From contig NC_081372.1 in assembly GCF_030684315.1 (NCBI RefSeq), positions 37,459,347 to 37,523,346 on the forward strand: a DNA stretch of 64,000 nt, read 5' to 3'. A model generated the notes under the pieces. It made no database searches, had not been told where the DNA came from, and saw nothing but the letters and a program-made list of their open reading frames with translations. The stretch is from Stegostoma tigrinum. Its lineage: Eukaryota. Shown here piece by piece: positions 37,400-50,279 of the stretch; the first letter of the stretch is position 1; every line of letters starts with the position of its first letter. Position numbers and translations under genes: made by a program.

Positions 37400-39960
37400 C
37401 AACTACACTTTATTTATATTATTTTCACAGTGAAAGTTTGTAGCCAGTGCTAGTCATGTAGCTAGGTGGGCCTTTGATGCAGTGCCACAAACATTGAATG
37501 ACCTTTGTGCTACATCATAACAGTAATATCACCAGCCTCACAAACTGCTCCTTTTTATTTGCCTGCCAATACAGGTGGCATCCAACACTGATAAACTCAT
37601 ACACTTAACATTGTTATAAGCGGCACACTCTGTCTAATAATTTGCACATGATCCCAGCTATTCAGCTGATGCAACATTACTCAAACACATTCCACCAGAC
37701 TTTGTGATAAAATTCCCTACCTCCTGTTGGAAAAAAAGTGACTCACAATCTGGCAACAGCAACCAACAAATGGAAGATTGTGCTTATCCCCATGGGAGAA
37801 TACTGCTGCAACAAGAGTGGCCATTACTTAGGCCGTAACCACTGACAAGCCTGGAACCCTTGAGGATGAGGCACATTTCTTAATTATCACCTTGATATAC
37901 TCCACATTGTCTTCTGCTAGAAAATTATTGTTCATAGTCTGCAAATAGTGCAATGGGGCACCTCTTGCTGCATTCCTATTTACCCGCTGCAACTCTACCT
38001 ATATTATTTTATTTTACCAGAAACCAAAAACTGCTACAGGTGAGGCGGTAGCATGGAAGAATAATGGCATGGAGGAAGAAGGAACTAAAGAATGTGGCTT
38101 GGTCTACAGTTGCAGCCAATGTTCCCTGCAACATTAAATTGCACAGGCCCAGTACTTTCCATGCATCTTCAATGTTTCTGGCACAGTGCTTAGAGTGAAA
38201 CAAGTCCCACTCAATACAAATTCCATCCCCTATTCCCAATTCCTTCGCCTCCACCGCATCTGCTCCCAGGATGAGGCATTCCACTCCCGTACATCCCAGA
38301 TGTCCTCGTTCTTCAAGGGCTGCAACATCCCCCCTGCAGTGGTCAAACACACCCTCGACTGTGTCTTCCGCATTTCCCGCAACTCATCCCTCACACCCCG
38401 CCCCTGCAATAACCGCCAAAACAGAATCCCCCTCGTCCTCACATACCACCCCACCAACCTCCAGATACAACGCATCATCCTCCGACACTTCCGCCATCTA
38501 CAATCCGACCCCACCACTAAAGACATGTTTGCAACCCCACCCTTGTCTGCCTTCCAGAGAGACCACTCTCTCCAGGACTCCCTTGTCCGCTCCACACTCC
38601 CTTCCAACCCCATCACACCCAGCACTTTCCCCTGCAACCGCAGGAAGTGCTACACTTGCCCCCACACTTCCTCCCTCACCCCATACCAGGCCCCAAGATA
38701 ACCCCTCCCTACCTGCCCCCCCATACTCTCCTCTCCACCTATCTTCTCCTCTATCCATCTTCAGTCCACCTCCCCCTCTCTCCCTACTTATTTCAGAATC
38801 GTCTTCCTATCCCCCTTTTCTGATGAAGGGTTTAGGCCCGAAACGTCAGCTTTTGTGCTCCTGAGATGCTGCTTGGCCTGCTGTGTTCATCCAGATGTGA
38901 TCTCCCACTCAAAATGTTCACCTGCACATTTGCCAATGTGGTATACTGCATCCTCTGCACCCGGTGCGGCTTCTTCTCCATTAGGGAAACCAATCAGAGG
39001 CTTGGGGACCGCTTTGCAGAACATCTATGCTCAGTTCGCAATAAACAACTACACCTCCCAGTCGTGAACCATTTCAACTCCCCCTCCCATTTCTTAAATG
39101 ACATGTCCATCCTGGGCCTCCTGCAGTGCCATAATGATGCCACCCGAAGGTTGCAGGAACAGCAACTCATATTCCGCTTAGGAACCCTGCAGCCCAATGG
39201 TATGAATGTATATTTCACCAGCTTCAAAATCTCCCCTCTTCCCACTGTATCCCAAAACCAGCCCAGCTCATCCCCACCTCCCTAACCTGTTCTTCCTCTC
39301 ACCTATCCCCTCCTCCCACCTCAAGCTGCACCTCTATTTCCTACCTACCAACCTCATCCCGCTCCCTTGACCTGTCCATCCTCCCCAGACCAACCTAACC
39401 CCTCCCTACCTGCCCCCCCATACTCTCCTCTCCACCTATCTTCTCCTCTATCCATCTTCAGTCCACCTCCCCCTCTCTCCCTACTTATTTCAGAATCGTC
39501 TTCCTATCCCCCTTTTCTGATGAAGGGTTTAGGCCCGAAACGTCAGCTTTTGTGCTCCTGAGATGCTGCTTGGCCTGCTGTGTTCATCCAGCCCCACACT
39601 TTGTGATCTCCCACTCAATATTCTTCAGGTTGCTATTTGGCCTTGAACCTGATAGGATGATGTTGCAAAGAAAAGGCTGATGGGCACATACACAGAAATG
39701 CTCAGGATATCAGAATGCCTGTCGGAGAAAGCTTTATCAATGTCTTGGAGCGTGGACGACCCCTGGTCAAACATGTTGCAGGGCTGTGTGTAGAGCTTGG
39801 AGTGCCATCTTTGCAGCATTAAAGTAGTGGGCAATTGCATGCGCTTGTGGATCTCTTCATGATAGAGTGTCTGATAGATGTGAAACAGCTACTTGTAGCA
39901 CAAATAGATGACAACTTCATGCTATGAGGGCACTCAGCAAACAGGAGTAAATTCTAGTCA
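37400..39960 (-). mobile_element. PIF/Harbinger transposase remnant, interrupted by a PLE
   Basis: Minus strand: ISLFFATSSYQ (cf. FFATGSFQ), LQGTLAAT (cf. VQGAIDCT) and HGDKH (cf. LGDKGY) in the expected order. TIR-like gtaaattctagtc at ~39950. Confidence 0.55.
38217..39608 (+). mobile_element. PLE family A (Neptune-like): RT C-terminus, Cys linker, GIY-YIG, pseudo-LTR
   Basis: SIPYSQFLRLHRICS, RIPLVLTYHP, PCNRRKCYTCPH, then the GIY-YIG domain. TSD tcccactcaata at 38205-38216 and 39609-39620. Hammerhead cores at 38820 and 39517. Confidence 0.92.
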
Positions 39961-40479
39961 TCATCCCAAAATTCAGATCTACTTGCCAGGCCACTCTAGT
40001 GCCATACTTGAATACATCCATGATTCTAAGGTAAGAGTCTTACCATTGGGGCAAATTATTTTTCTAGTATTTTTGAGATTGGCTCCTCTTTCTATTGCTG
40101 AGCTATGACAGTCCATTTTAGAACAGAACACAATGAAAAACTGAAAGATAGTCATTCCCACGGTCCCTTGACTACATAAGGTTTTCTTTTTACACTTTAT
40201 GCTAAATTTTAACTGTGAGTAATTTAGATTTGACAATGTGTGAATGATATCTTATTCTGTGGCAAATTGTCTAAACTTAACACTGGCAAACTGTGGACTG
40301 TTGTTTCTAAAGAAAGAAATTGCATCACAGAATAACCTCTTTTGAAAATAATATGTCTTTGAGCCAATTAAATATTTCTGTACTACAGTCAATGCTCCTG
40401 TACAGATAAATATTACAGATTATTCAGTCCCACATTCAGCAATTGGATGTGTTTATCAACTAATATATTTTGATTACAT

Positions 40480-40730
40480 TGATTGAGTAATAAATACTAT
40501 ATAAGACATAACAAGAACTGCCCTGCTGGCTTTTTAAATAACTTTATGCCTTCCTGAATAGGCAGATAAGGTCTCAGTTTAACATCTCATTGAGAAATTG
40601 TCAGCATTGACAGTACCACTCTCTCTCCCAGTCCAAATAATCAGCTTAGGGTATGTGCTCCCATTCAGTAGTGCAGCTTCAATGGTTAAACTGCTGATTC
40701 TGAAGTGAAAAGGTTATTGCTGAGGCAATC
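40480..40730 (-). mobile_element. Ancient Deu-domain SINE (SacSINE1/AmnSINE1-like)
   Basis: tctcagtttaacatctcattgagaaattgtcagcattgacagt resembles the Deu core (ctcggtttaacgtctcatccgaaagacggca..gacagt), followed by a decayed tRNA head. Confidence 0.6.
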
Positions 40731-40979
40731 TGATATTAAAAATGTATTAACTATTCAAAGGCTAGGTTTCACACGACTGATAAATGTTTTGTTCGTAGTG
40801 ATATGTAGTCTACATGCCCCAGAATATGAGAAGCAATCATCCCAAATGAACTAATCAATACAAGCATTTTGGTCTGATTGATATCATGATGGGTGAAGTC
40901 TCAGCGATTTGACTTACTAATCTGTTTTTTTTCAATTAAACACAATAAAGTGTTTACTACAACTTTATCAATGCCCTGT

Positions 40980-41115
40980 AAAAACCGAAAAAACTGTGGG
41001 TGCTGTAAATCAGGAACATAAACAAAGTTGCTGGAAAAACCCAGCAGGTCTGGCAGCATCTGTGAAGGGAAAAACAGAGTCAACATTTCGGGTCTGGTGA
41101 CTCTTCCTCAGAATG
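40980..41115 (-). mobile_element. PLE family B pseudo-LTR with hammerhead-like core
   Basis: Minus strand: tt-CTGAGGA-agagtcaccagaccc-GAAA-tg-tt-gactctg. Confidence 0.7.
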
Positions 41116-42589
41116 GGTTTATTAATGCCCTGGTTTATTATGGGACAATACAGAACTTCTAATATGATTACTTTTCCTAAAGCATCTCTTCATGGATTTA
41201 TGTTTTAAAATACGGTTTCTTTGAACACTATTTATGTAATTGTAATACTTACCTGTAAATTAGCTTTGCTTTATGCTTACCTAAGTTGTTTCTTTGAGGA
41301 TCTAAAAATTCCCAGCCCATTCTGTTTCAATTCTACTCCATTTCATTGACTTTTCAGATGTCAATGTAACAATAACAACAACGTCAATGCAAATAAGAAC
41401 ATCCTCATCAGATTTTGGCTTTTGTGCTCCGATCTGCTCAATAATGCTGTATGAAAAATACTGTGTCAAACGTATAAGATATGTTTGTCCTATCCCTGTT
41501 GCTTGAATTATCTTTGTATTTGTAATTGTTCAAAACGTCCCATAAAAAATGATTTTCTTTGATTCTATTTAATACCAATAGTTTGACCTTGCACAAAATG
41601 GCTGCAGTTTTCACTCCTCTGTAAGCTTCTGTATCTTATTGCCATAATAAGCAGCATAGTGCAGCAACTATAAAATTTCACTGATTATCATTGACAACAG
41701 AGGTCTATTCCTTCCTTTTTTTGTATTCTTGAGTTAATTAGGATCATAGAACTTCAGAGCCAGCTCAGACATTTTCAGTTTATGATTCTAGTAAGCCATC
41801 TTTGCCAACAAGTGTTTTCAATACAAAGTTATGCTGAAAAATTGTTCATTCTGATGAGTCTTTTCCTTTCTTTCTTCTATTATGAAGTAACATTTTATGT
41901 GAACCTTAATGGTTAGCTCTTTGTTAAACATGAAAGCCAGCATGTTATTCAATGTATCTATTCATGATTGTTACACATCTTCATTATTCAGTCAGCGTAT
42001 CACAATTGAGGAGCTCAGATATTTTTCATGGTGCCAGTTTTTGGGTCTTTAAGTATCCATAATTTAGCAAAATACTTTGTTTGAGTAAAGTGAAGTATAA
42101 TCTCTGGAAGTTTCCATTCTGAGACCACTGTTAATTTTCTGCTGCCCAGACAAACATGCAGTTCAATATTTTGTCACAAACTATTAACAGCTTCACAAAT
42201 TCTGCTACTACATCAACTTTTCTCTGCGACTCCTCTGTCCTCCAATCCTATTAAGCTGTTAACATTTTTCCTAAAGAGCAAAAAGGAATTTTTGGCATAA
42301 ATGCATGATACAGCTAATTCATTTCTCAATTCTGATCAGGTATTTCCCAGCCTTAAATATAGATCCGTATATCACAGTCAACATGCTTTGCAACCAGTTA
42401 ATACTTGAAGCAGCCTTTCAATTATATCAAGCTTTCTACAAGCAATGATTTAAAAATGTTTCTGCATCATTCAGTTGGAATAACAATTATATCTGCAATA
42501 TTTTTTGCAAACTTTCTTAATGCTTGCTTTGTTTTTAGATTCACTGACGCTATTGACTGAATTTTATCAAAAATCAGCTAAATGTCGAT

Positions 42590-45500
42590 TCTGGGGGGAT
42601 TTCATGGAAGGTTATTTCATGTAAGGGCATTTATCTCATGCAATTCTCCACTGCTTACCTCTTATGTGTTCACCGCATCTCTATAATGCCACCCTTGTGC
42701 TATCTGATGTTCATCAACAACAATTGTGCTTGCCAATGCCAGGGCCTTCTGAGATTTGTGCTGCTGGCATCATGTTTAGATCATAGCTGTGTACCATGTC
42801 AAATGTTGGCAAACAGGACTGTTTTTACAGTGTATTGCTCCATAATTCCCAAGCACATGGCAGAAAACAGGGATGTTGATGGAGAGGAAGGCTGTCCTCT
42901 TTCTTCAGGACAACCAGAAGAAACATTGGGAAGCCATGCACTGACAAGGTTATCTTAGCTGCCTTTCACTAGCTCAGATATTACCACCTCAGTTGGTACT
43001 TCAGCTAGAGTCATCCAAATCACCCCAAGCCTCATGCTTTACTACTCATGATTGAATGCATCAACTTCCGTCCACCTTTCACAACCACTATGCACCTCCG
43101 GACGACCAACCCCACATGCACTCTGTGCTGCCTACTCATTCACTCGGGGCATTCACCACCCATCCACGACCTTCACCAGCAATAATACTGTGCTGGCCAC
43201 TTTCATCACACTTCATCCCTCCCTGTGACTCATTCTAAGAGAAACAGCCCATGACAGGGAGGAGAGAGCCAAGATGCATGATGAGGTACTCTGTGTAGAT
43301 TTCCTTACCCTCTCTGATGAGAAAAACCATGGCTTAGTTCAGAAGGATAGAGACTGTACATGTGGTGATGCTGAGATCTCCATGCCTTGGTAATCAGATA
43401 AGATTCACTGTCACATGCTACACCATTCTAACATTACCACCACTGTGAATTTGTTATTTACAAGTCTAAACTTCTATCCCCATTTTACAACTGATTCCCT
43501 CCTTTGACTTCATGCAGGCACCAGGAGCAACTGCACAATCTCTGCCCTGCACAGCACCTACTGAATTAAAGACTGAAGTATGCCAGCAAAGCTGGGCCTG
43601 GCTGTCCAAAACAGTTGGCGGCTGCCTTGGACATCTCGGTCCAATACACTACTTAAGGAATAAAAGAATGACAAAAGTAAGATTAGGCCCAATCAAGGAT
43701 AGTAGTAGTAAGTTGTGTGTGGAGTCAGATGAGATGGGGAAGCGCTAAATGAATATTTTAAAACTGTATTCACTCTAGAAAATGACAATGTTGTCGAGGA
43801 GAATACTGAGATACAGGCTACTAGACTAGGTGGGATTGAGGTTCACACAGAAGAGGTATTAGAAATCCTTCAGAAGGTGAAGATAGATAAGTCCCCTGGG
43901 CCGGATGGAATTTATCCTCGGATCCTCTGGGAAGCCAGGGAGGAGATTGCCGAGCCTTTGGCATTGATCTTTAACTTGTCATTGTCTACAGGAAGAGTGC
44001 CAGATGACTGGAGGATAGCAAATGTGGTTCCCCTGTTCAAGAAGGGGAGTAGAGACAACCCTGGTGATTATAGACCAGTGAGCCCTACCTCAGTTGTTGG
44101 TAAAGTGTTGGAAAAGGTTATAAGGGATAGGATTTATAATCATCTAGAAAAGAATAAATTGATTAGGGATAGTCAGCACGGTTTTGTGAAAGGAAGGTCG
44201 TGCCTCACAAACCTTATTGAGTTCTTTGAGAAGGTGACCAAACAGGTAGACGAGAGTAAACCGGTTGATGTGGTGTATATGGATTTCAGCAACGCGTTCG
44301 ATAAGGTTCCCCACAATAGGCTATTGTACAAAATGCGGAGGAATGGAATTGTGGGAGATATAGCAGTTTGGATCGGAAATTGGCTTGCTGAGAGAAGACA
44401 GAGGGTGGTAGTTGATGGGAAATGTTCATCCTGGAGACCAGTTACTAGTGGTGTACCGCAAGGGTCAGTGTTGGGTCCACTGCTGTTTGTCATTTTTATA
44501 AATGACCTGGATGAGGGCGTAGAAGGATGGGTTAGTAAATTTGCAGACGACACTAAGGCCGGTGGAGTTGTGGATAATGACGAAGGATGCTGTAGGTAGC
44601 AGAGAGACATAGATAAGCTGCAGAGCTGGGCTGAGAGGTGGCAAATGGAGTTTAATGCAGACAAGTGTGAGGTGATGCACTTTGGTAGGAGTAACCAGAA
44701 GGCAAAGTACAGGGCTAATGGTAAGATTCTTAGTAGTGTAGATGAGCAGAGAGATCTCGGTGTCCATGTACACAGATCCTTGAAAGTTGCCACCCAGGTT
44801 GACAGGGCTGTTAAGAAGGCATACAGTGTTTTAGCTTTTATTAATAGAGGGATCGAGTTCTGGAACCAAGAAGTTATGGTGAAGCTGTATAAAACTCTGG
44901 TGCGGCCGCACTTGGAGTATTGTGTACAGTTCTGATCACCGCATTATAAGGAGGATGTGGAAGCTTTAGAAAGGGTGCAGAGGAGATTTACTAGGATGTT
45001 GCCTGGTATGGAGGGAAGGTCTTACGAGGAAAAGCTGAGGGACTTGAGGCTGTTTTCATTAGAGAGAAGAAGGTTGAGAAGTGACTTAATTGAAACATAT
45101 AAAATAATCAGAGGGTTAGATAGGGTGGATAGGGAGAGCCTTTTTCCTAGGATGGTGACGGCGAGCACAAGGGGGCACAGCTTTAAATTGAGGAGTAAAA
45201 GATATAGGACAGATGTCAGAGGTAGTTTGTTTACTCAGAGAGTAGTAAGGGAATGGAACACTTCGCCTGCAACTGTAGTAGATTCGCCAACTTTAGGTAC
45301 ATTTAAGTCATCATTGGATAAGCATATGGACGTACATGGAATAGTATAGGTTAGATGGGCTTGAGATCGGTATGACAGGTCGGCACAACATTGAGGGCCG
45401 AACGGCCTGTATTGTGCTGTAATGTTCTCTGTTCTGTGTTCTTTGTTCTAATGTCTTCCAGATAACAACACCTTCTCCACCAGTGAGGAAGAAGCTACAG

Positions 45501-46795
45501 GTCTTCAGAAGATGCACTGACAAGGTTACCTTACTTCCATTTCACTAGCTCAGATATTACCACCTCAGTTGGTATTTCAGATAGAATCTTCTGGTGAGCA
45601 CATTGCAACCATGTCTTCACAGCTGATGAAAGAAGAAATGTTCCAAGACTCTGGCACTCAGAAATCTGTTAATGACAAAGCGCATGCTAAGCCCCCATAG
45701 TCTCAGCCATTAATAACTTTATTAGCATTCACAAACATACATAGGAGCAGTAGGCAATTTTGTCAGGGACACTCAAGAAACTGCAAAGGTTGAAGAAACC
45801 TTCCAGTGGTCTCTGTACCGTGCTGCCTCATACATGCATACAGCTTTCTGCCTCCATGGACAGGTTGGCAGCTGCCATGAAGCCCAAGTCCAGCAGGATA
45901 CATATACAGATCTGCCACCCATCATTGTAGCCATTGAGGCTTGGCCTTATTCCTCACAAGGAAACAGGGTGATGCCAGTAGGCACATAGCTCAGGAGGAA
46001 CCACACTCAGGGCGCCCAGAAGTCTCTTCCCCAGATACGTCAGGAATGCTTGACCTTTCCCCTCCACACTGACTGCAATTAGCAATCTTGTGAGTGTTCA
46101 AGCCAAGCAGGGTGAACTTGCATCTTGCCAAGACACTCTAAGTCTGTCAATGACCTATATCCACAAAAGCCTTTGATGTCACCTACAAAACCTTAAAACT
46201 GATAAAAGTCAGTAGTGGGCAGGCTTTCTCCACCCCAGCTGTGTAGCTGGGTCTGCACCTAGAGATAGTGGAAGATAAAGAAAGAAGCGAAACATATCAA
46301 GGACAGATAGGTGACATATGTGAAATGTAATTGTAAGTATATCACCATATTTAACACATGTTTACTTTTCACTAACAGCTCTATGAGTGACTGTCAGCTG
46401 CAGCTGCGAGAATGAATCAGCAAAGGCTAGCCACCTTTATCTTCACACAATGATTTAACCTTGTCTGAGCGATAGCTACCCTGTACATAGCAGCCACATC
46501 ATCAGTAAACTTTGTTGTCATAGCATGAGAAACCATTTGATGTTGTGAAGGATTCCATTAGTTTGTAATCTTGCGTTTTTAAACAATAGCAAAAGCATAA
46601 GTTCAAACTGGTAAATTGCATTTGCAGTTGGGATTACACGGGAAACGCTGATATCAGCAACATCAAAATATTTACGGTCACTGAAAGATGACGTCGTGCA
46701 ACTCTATTCCATTAAATAAGTTTCATAAAAAAGCCATGCCGCTTTGCTATGGCTGCTCCTCCTGCACTTAAAATGCTACTGAAAATGCTGCTCCA
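42590..46795 (+). mobile_element. PIF/Harbinger-derived element (Myb/SANT remnant) hosting a CR1
   Basis: ERKAVLF near 42880, then a CA-rich intron-like tract and ETAHDREERAK near 43240; same layout as the 33048 element. TIR-like ends. Confidence 0.5.
43652..45450 (+). mobile_element. Young 5'-truncated CR1 (HER1-like) LINE, RT to 3' UTR
   Basis: [43 protein letters not shown]. Single reading frame broken by stops at 44597 and 44933. (gttct)n tail. Confidence 0.95.
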
Positions 46796-46894
46796 TCTGA
46801 AGAACATATTGTGTCCTGTTACCTAGAATAATGCATCTAAGGATAAGGCAGAATCCTCTCTCTGTATTTGTTGCAACCATATCCAAGACATGAT

Positions 46895-47370
46895 CTAAAT
46901 CGATATCAAGTATGGATGGACTGCCTTATGAAGAGAGCTTGAGTGATTGGGCCTGTACTCATTGGAATATAGAAAAACGAATGGCAACCTCATGGAAACA
47001 TAAAAGATCTTAGAGGGCTTGGCAATATAAATGTAGAAAAGTTGTTTTCCCTTATGAGAAAATCTGGGGCCAGAGAGCATAATCTCAAAATAAGGGAATG
47101 CATATTTAAAACTTGGATGAGGAGCAATTTCTTCTCTCAGAGGGTTGTGAATCTGTGGAATTCTACAATGCGAAGGGTTATTCAAGCTGGGTTATTCAGT
47201 GCTTTCAATGTTAAATTGTACATATTTTTAATCAGGAGGGGGATCCAGGGTTATAAGGAACAGACAGGAAAATAGAGTTGACGATTCTCATGTCAAACAT
47301 GGTCTCATTGAATTGTGAAGTAGACTTAATGTGCCAAATAACCTACATCTTGTGTCTGATCATCTTATGA
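46895..47370 (+). mobile_element. CR1 3' fragment
   Basis: ORF 47042..47275 REHNLKI...RSNFFSQRVVNLWNS. Confidence 0.8.
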
Positions 47371-48084
47371 ATTTAAAGCCCTCATTGGTCTCCATCGACC
47401 AAGGTACAGCATTGTGCATTCATTGTGAACTTTCATCTAAATAGAGTAAAGTTCCAATGCCTTCTCTCAACCTCACATTATACATGGAAGACAAATGACT
47501 GTGGGTGTCCTGCATTTTTTGCCACATCGTGAGGAGAAATTTGGCTGGAGGCTCTGCATCAGGAGGCTGCACCATATCTATTTGATGTTGATACTCATTT
47601 TGGGATGCCAGGCACTTGTGTCCATCATTCATTCCTGTAGAGAATTTTAGTACTCTGGATACAAAGAATACACCAGCTTCTGTGATTGGATCCATTGGGA
47701 ATGGATCCAATGAACCTATGTAGGCCATAGTAAAAATTAAGCACCTCATCAGTCTTGTGAAAATTGAACAGTTGCAGCAGACACAAATGCCATTTAAATT
47801 GCATTCGCAAAACGCTTTGACATGCAGACTTCCAACAAGGACACAGACCTTTACTTGGACCTTTCACATCATTGACCTGAATTAGATATAAAGTAATAAC
47901 AAAGTCAGCATAATTGCAGCAGACCATAGGGCTGTTCTCTCAGTAAAGAGAGACGATTAGTGGTGAGTTTAATCTGAGGGTCACCACGCCTCAGATGATA
48001 GATGAGGTTGAGATGCATGTAAGAATCAGATGTATGCTGCTCAAGACATTTAGTATAAATGTAGTTGGAGACTATGCATATCAT

Positions 48085-48312
48085 AGCGTCTCTAGCCCCA
48101 TTGAATCCACACAACCCTCTGAAGAGCATCCCACCTGGACTTAACCCCTTACCCAATAACCCTAATCCAACTAACCTACACATTTTTGGACTGTGGGAGG
48201 AAACTGAGCACCTGAAGAAAACCCACGCAGACACAGGGATAATGTGTAAACTCCATACAGGACCTGAGGGTGGGATTGAACCCAAATCCCTGACTGAGCC
48301 ACTGTGCCATTC
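48085..48312 (-). mobile_element. Decayed HE1-like V-SINE
   Basis: catttttggactgtgggaggaaac...cccacgcagacacaggga...attgaaccc. Confidence 0.75.
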
Positions 48313-50279
48313 TAACAATATTGAAAGCTTTTTCTGCTATGAATTTTGGAACTAAGGTGAGTCTTTCCAGCTTATCCACAGCCTCAATAATTAATTTGCA
48401 ATGTTGAATGCTTTGTTCAAGATTTTCTGTAGTCATAAATTTAAGTCAAGACAGTTAGTCAATAAGTAAGATTCCCATTCAGTGATCTATGATAACAAAT
48501 GCTTTTCACCTGCACTAAGTGAGTGTCTCTTTAATTGCTATTGCCCTGGTAAGGGCATCACATTGTGTGCAGGTAGAGCCTGAACTGTAAGAGAAAACAA
48601 AGACTTACTCCACCCAGTCCTGATGTGGTTGTAATTATTTTCAATTTTAATTAAACAATTACGATTTGGGTAAGGCATGAAAATCAATCTTGGTGGCATT
48701 TCATGCAGTGTGCCACAGGCTCAGCCTCTCAAATTAGTTCATCCCCTCTCCCCAAACCTTATTGTTCCTTTCTACTTTGCCCTCATTGTCAACCCCATTA
48801 GCTTTGAACTTCCTCACACTTCCACCTAAATCTTTGACTGACCTCATAATTGTTCTCTGTACAGTTCTCCTACTGACTGACCAATAGTCCATAGACTCAT
48901 TGCACTAGACAGCTAACCATGGCCCATTCCTGGATTTTAATGATATTGAACCTATGACTCCGATTGGTCCAAGCTCCTGGAGACTGGGCATTGGCCTCAA
49001 CTTTCTGAATCGATACAACATGAGTGATTACGATTCCCTTTATCATGACTGAGCTATACATGCATAAATGAGATAAGAATAGCTAATAATGAGGTGTGAT
49101 TTCATGCAAATAGGTCACTCACTGCTCAGCTCACTTTGAAAATGATGGATGCAGCTTTGGACTTAATTCTCAATATTGAGAATCTCATTTTTCCAATCTT
49201 GCTGTATTTTAACAACTAACTCCTCATTGCCATGTTATTCAGGGGCTGAGAGAAATCTATCCTCTGTTTTTCTTTTATTTCTTAAACCTTTGATGAGGCA
49301 CAATTCAAATTTCTTAATATTTCTTAAACTCATTCTTTACCACTTCCTGAATTGTTCCTCCAACTCAAATACTTCTGCTGCCCTTTACTTAGTTTCTGTC
49401 TTGTCTGACAATTGATCTTGCCCCCACAGCACTTTTCTCTTCAAAATTACCTACAGCTTCTACAAATTATTCTGCCATTCGTTATTGATCATCTGTTAAC
49501 AGCATTCCCATGAGAGGCTCTTTATTCACATTTATACTGAATCGTTTCTCTTGTGCTGTACATGAAAAGAATGTTATTTTTAACTATTTTATGCAGGTTC
49601 ATATAGTTTGTCACTTAAATGTGAATTTCTCAGATATGTTTGGTGTTTCTTTTCCATTAATAAATAAAATAATTGATGTTGTCATTTCTCAGTTGTTTCA
49701 CTTGCTCTAGAAACCGTAACCTTTACATAAGTGCTTGAAACATTTCTGATGTTTGTTGTCTCTTGAATGATTGATTGGGGTTGGAATTTATCTCACATTC
49801 TTTTTCTCTATAGCTTGAAAGTTTTTACTTTGTTAACTCTATTTTTCTTCCATCAATTCTGATACTACATGAAATTGTTATTTGAAATTTAAGGATAATA
49901 TCATCCTAGCATTAAAGAAACATAACATGCCTCTTAGCTTTTAAATGATTAAATTGGCATTATATAGAAATATCATCACAGTCTGGCTTGCTGACAGCCA
50001 GGTTTTGTAGTCTGGATTTATTTGATTATTAATTGAAACATTGGCCTGGGTTTTCCATGAGTCAACAATCATCATTGAATTGCCTCTTTGCTCAACTTCT
50101 CCTCACCCCAACACAACCCTGTCATTTTGGTTAGGACTTCTGAGTTCAGCATCTCCAGAAATGTGAAGTGTACAGTCTCTCAAAGAGCCCCATCAGAACA
50201 CTGTAGACTCAGGAGCAAGACTGAACATGCACACTTTTTATGAGTTTCTGTAAGGGAAATTTAAATGTCCCGTGTGAGC

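Noticed and set aside
44173-44793. 206-aa minus-strand ORF
   Set aside because: Antisense shadow of the CR1 RT.
47380-47900. 109-aa and 100-aa minus ORFs in unexplained sequence
   Set aside because: No recognisable domain or splice signals; at most a faint resemblance to a Tx1/L1 C-terminus on +, too weak to call.
48700-49480. Pyrimidine-rich stretch resembling old L2
   Set aside because: Too decayed to support with motifs.
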